Positions 60,981-64,000 of a DNA stretch of 64,000 nucleotides are shown here, one piece after another; position 1 is the stretch's first letter, and each line of letters opens with the position of its first letter. Source of the stretch: Eledone cirrhosa. Taxonomy: Eukaryota. Below the pieces are notes generated by a model. The model was not told where the DNA came from. It worked only from the letters and a program-made list of their open reading frames with translations, and searched no databases. A program made the translations under genes and the position numbers. Location: positions 5,704,001-5,768,000 of the forward strand of contig OZ024745.1 of NCBI GenBank assembly GCA_964016885.1, read 5' to 3'.

Positions 60981-63243
60981 ATAACATACATTTGGTCGTT
61001 ATAAACTATGACAACATACATTTGGTCGTTATAAACTATGACAACATACATTTGGTCGTTATGAACTATGACAACATTTGGTCGTTATAAACTATGACAA
61101 CATTTGTTCTTTGTAAACTATGACAACATTTGGTCTTTGTAAACTATGACAACATTTGGTCGTTATAAACTTTGACAACATTTGGTCGTTATAAATTATG
61201 ACAACATTTGGTCGTTATAAACTATGACAACATACATTTGGTCGTTTTGAACTATGACAACATACATTTGGTCGTTATAAACTATGACAACAGTTGGTCG
61301 TTATAAACGATGACAACATACATTTGGTCGTTATAAACTATGACAACATACATTTGGTCGTTATAAACTATGACAACATAGATTAGGTCTTTATAAACTA
61401 TGGCAACATTTGGTCGTTATAAACTATGACAACATTTGGTGGTCGTTATAAACAATGACAACATACATTAGGTCGTTATAAACTATGACAACATACATTT
61501 GGTTGTTATCAACTATGACAACATACATTTGGTCGTTATAAACTATGACAACATACATTTGGTCGTTATAAACTATGGCAACATTTGGTCGTTATAAACT
61601 ATGACAACATTTAGTCGTTATAAACTATGACAACATACATTTGGTCGTTATATACTATGGCAACATTTGGTCGTTATAAACTATGACAACATTTGGTCGT
61701 TATAAACTATGACAACATACATTTGGTCGTTATAAACTATGACAACATACATTTGGTCGTTATAAACTATGGCAACATTTGGTCGTTATAAACTATGGCA
61801 ACATTTGGCCGTTATAAACTATGACAACATTTGGTCGTTATAAACTATGACAACATTTGGTCGTTATAAACTATGACAACATTTGGTCGTTATAAACTAT
61901 GACAACATACATTTGGTCGTTTTGAACTATGACAACATACATTTGGTCGTTATAAACTATGTCAACATACATTTGGTCGTTATAAACTATGAGGACATTT
62001 GGTTGTTATAAACTATGACAATATTTGGTCGTTATAAACTATGACAACATTTGGTCGTTATAAACTATGACAACATTTGGTCTTTGTAAACTATGACAAC
62101 ATTTGGTCTTTGTAAACTATGACAACATTTGGTCGTTATAAACTATGACAACATTTGGTCGTTATAAACTATGACAACATACATTTGGTCGTTATAAACT
62201 ATGACAACATTTGGTCGTTATAAACTATGACAACATTTGGTCGTTATAAACTATGACAACATACATTTGGTCGTTATAAACTATGACAACATACATTTGG
62301 TCGTTATAAACTATGGCAACATTTGGTCGTTATAAACTATGACAACAGTTGGTCGTTATAAACTATGACAACATACATTTGGTCGTTATAAACTATGACA
62401 ACATACATTTGGTCGTTATAAACTATGACAACATAGATTAGGTCGTTATAAACTATGGCAACATTTGGTCGTTATAAACTATGACAACATTTGGTGGTCG
62501 TTATAAACAATGACAACATACATTAGGTCGTTATAAACTATGACAACATACATTTGGTCGTTATAAACTATGACAACATACATTTGGTCGTTATAAACTA
62601 TGGCAACATTTGGTCGTTATAAACTATGACAACATTTAGTCGTTATAAACTATGACAACATACATTTGGTCGTTATAAACTATGACAACATACATTTGGT
62701 CGTTATATACTATGGCAACATTTGGTTGTTATAAACTATGACAACATTTGGTCGTTATAATCTATGACAACATACATTTGGTCGTTATAAACTATGACAA
62801 CATACATTTGGTCGTTATAAACTATGGCAACATTTGGTCGTTATAAACTATGACAACATTTGGTCGTTATAAACTATGACAACATTTGGTCGTTATAAAC
62901 TATGACAACATTTGGTCGTTATAAACTATGACAACATACATTTGGTCGTTTTGAACTATGACAACATACATTTGGTCGTTATAAACTATGGCAACATACA
63001 TTTGGTCGTTATAAACTATGAGGACATTTGGTTGTTATAAACTATGACAACATTTGGTCGTTATAAACTATGACAACATTTGGTCGTTATAAACTATGAC
63101 AACATACATTTGGCTCCTTTATTCTTTGGTTACTCTCTGGACGAAAATTGTATTAACTTTTCGCACCATTGAGGCCTTTGTGCCTGTCTCAAACAATTTC
63201 ATTGGTATCTGCTCTACTGCGGCCACAACTTCAAATGATACCC

Positions 63244-63245
<2 letters not shown>

Positions 63246-63314
<69 letters not shown>
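63246..63314. repeat. (TA)34 microsatellite
   Basis: 69 bp of uninterrupted alternating T/A. Confidence 0.98.
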
Positions 63315-63317
<3 letters not shown>

Positions 63318-63380
63318 TGTCTCAGATCTCATTTCAATTGTTGGGGAAAGTAGAACAGTAATTTAGTAAAAACATCTGCA

Positions 63381-63537
63381 AGTTGGTGTTAGGAAGGGTA
63401 TCCAGCCATAGAAAACCAGCCAGAAACAGTCCTATATGAGCGAGACACGGTCACCCGACCCAACTTGCCTCTAATTTGGACAAACCCGTCAAACCCATGC
63501 TAGTGTGGAAGATGGACGTTAAAAGATGATAATGATG
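63381..63537 (+). mobile_element. Probable degenerate, 5'-truncated SINE fragment ending in a short (GAT)n-like tail
   Basis: The motifs GTTGGTGTTAGGAAGGGTATCCAGCCATAGAAAACC and CCGTCAAACCCATGCTAGTGTGGAAGATGGACGTTAAAAGATGATAATGATG resemble, from memory only, the central and 3' parts of a SINE abundant in Octopus genomes. The short tandem tail is directly visible. I saw no tRNA-like head or target-site duplication, and no database search was run. Confidence 0.55.
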
Positions 63538-63827
63538 GTACATACAGGGAAAATGGGAGTGGAAAGGGAACTGAAGAGAGGTAACCTTTTGGAGTGGAAT
63601 TGAATACCTTGAGATATCGGTTCCTTGCCTTTACATTCTGAAAATGAGAATAGAACTCAGTTTCACACCCCACCTGGTTCTTTGCTGCCTTTAGTAGAGG
63701 GAAGGGTAGCGCAAGTGCTGCCCCGAGGTGGCACGTATTCAAATTACGCCATTGTAAGGGACAACAGATTTGTATCTCATCTAGGGGCAGGGTGTGTGGA
63801 TTGCATGGTAGTAATAGGTGATGATCA

Positions 63828-64000
63828 GGGTTGTGGTTGGCCCTGTATTAAACAAATGTTCGGGGTTCTCGTTGGCCCTGTATTATACAAATGTTTGGGG
63901 TTGTGGTTGGCCCTGTATTAAACAAATGTTTGGGGTTGTGGTTGGCTCTGTATTATACAAATGTTTGGGGTTGTGGTTACCCCTGTATTATACAAATGTT
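63828..64000 (+). repeat. Start of a second tandem repeat with a 35-bp unit (GGGGTTGTGGTTGGCCCTGTATTAWACAAATGTTT); about 5 copies, truncated by the window end
   Basis: Units begin at about 63827, 63862, 63897, 63932 and 63967, with few substitutions between copies. Confidence 0.96.

Larger units (their letters stand above)
1..63113 (+). repeat. Large tandem satellite array of interspersed 26-bp (ACAACATTTGGTCGTTATAAACTATG) and 30-bp (ACAACATACATTTGGTCGTTATAAACTATG) monomers; continues beyond the left edge
   Basis: Directly visible head-to-tail repetition throughout. Most monomers have 0-2 substitutions. The consensus 26-mer is A9 T9 G4 C4 (about 31% GC). The last monomer ends ...AACATACATTTGG at 63113, followed by unrelated sequence. 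Confidence 0.99.
53400..63113 (+). repeat. Distal (edge) satellite domain with duplicated blocks of about 2.0-2.3 kb
   Basis: Diagnostic variants are GGTCTTTGTAAA (from about 53535), CGTTTTGAAC, TATGAGGAC/GAGGAGA, TATTGCAACATATA, ACAGTTGG, ATAGATTAGG and the 29-mer GGTGGTCG. Offsets are 2126 (54531/56657) and 2308 (58590/60898). Confidence 0.85.

Noticed and set aside
1-63113. CRISPR array (repeat length 26-30 bp with partial dyad symmetry)
   Set aside because: Monomers abut directly with no unique spacers, and there is no leader or cas gene.
1-63113. Micro-ORFs in each monomer (MTTYIWSL* in the 30-mer, MTTFGRYKL* in the 26-mer) and a TATAAA box per monomer
   Set aside because: These are expected by chance in a short AT-rich unit. 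Variants disrupt ATG and TATAAA freely, with no codon-position bias evident.
1-63113. Telomerase-made long telomeric repeat of the budding-yeast type
   Set aside because: There is no G/C strand skew, and kb-scale blocks of shared variants indicate recombinational amplification rather than templated addition.
63096-63366. ORFs 63096-63317 and 63169-63366 with YI repeats
   Set aside because: They are open largely because they read through the (TA)n microsatellite, and one begins within a satellite monomer.
63500-63742. 80-aa minus-strand ORF
   Set aside because: It is short, has no recognisable domain, and ends within the putative SINE fragment.
63625-63921. 98-aa plus-strand ORF
   Set aside because: It has a non-ATG start and no recognisable domain, and it runs into the 35-bp tandem repeat.
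63828-64000. 35-bp repeat as a CRISPR or telomere repeat
   Set aside because: There are no spacers and no canonical short telomeric unit such as TTAGGG. It is an ordinary minisatellite-type tandem.

Overview
Non-coding, almost certainly eukaryotic repetitive DNA. Bases 1-63113 are one continuous AT-rich tandem satellite, open at the left edge of the window. It mixes two monomers: a 26-mer (ACAACATTTGGTCGTTATAAACTATG) and a 30-mer with one extra ACAT, roughly 2,300 copies by length estimate. Shared point variants divide the array into three domains (about 1-31.7 kb, 31.7-53.4 kb and 53.4-63.1 kb) with nested kb-scale duplications, including a near-identical 6,894-bp tandem duplication. The monomer is itself a degenerate inverted repeat. 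An 83-bp inverted segment occurs twice (58590-58672 and 60898-60980); each copy creates a perfect 46-bp palindrome and carries variants otherwise seen only in the left domain. After a sharp boundary come a (TA)34 microsatellite, a probable 3' SINE fragment (recalled as Octopus-like, unverified) and the start of a second 35-bp tandem repeat. I find no credible protein-coding gene, RNA gene or CRISPR array, and no evidence of a new gene system. The interest lies in satellite architecture and evolution. All counts and offsets were read by eye.
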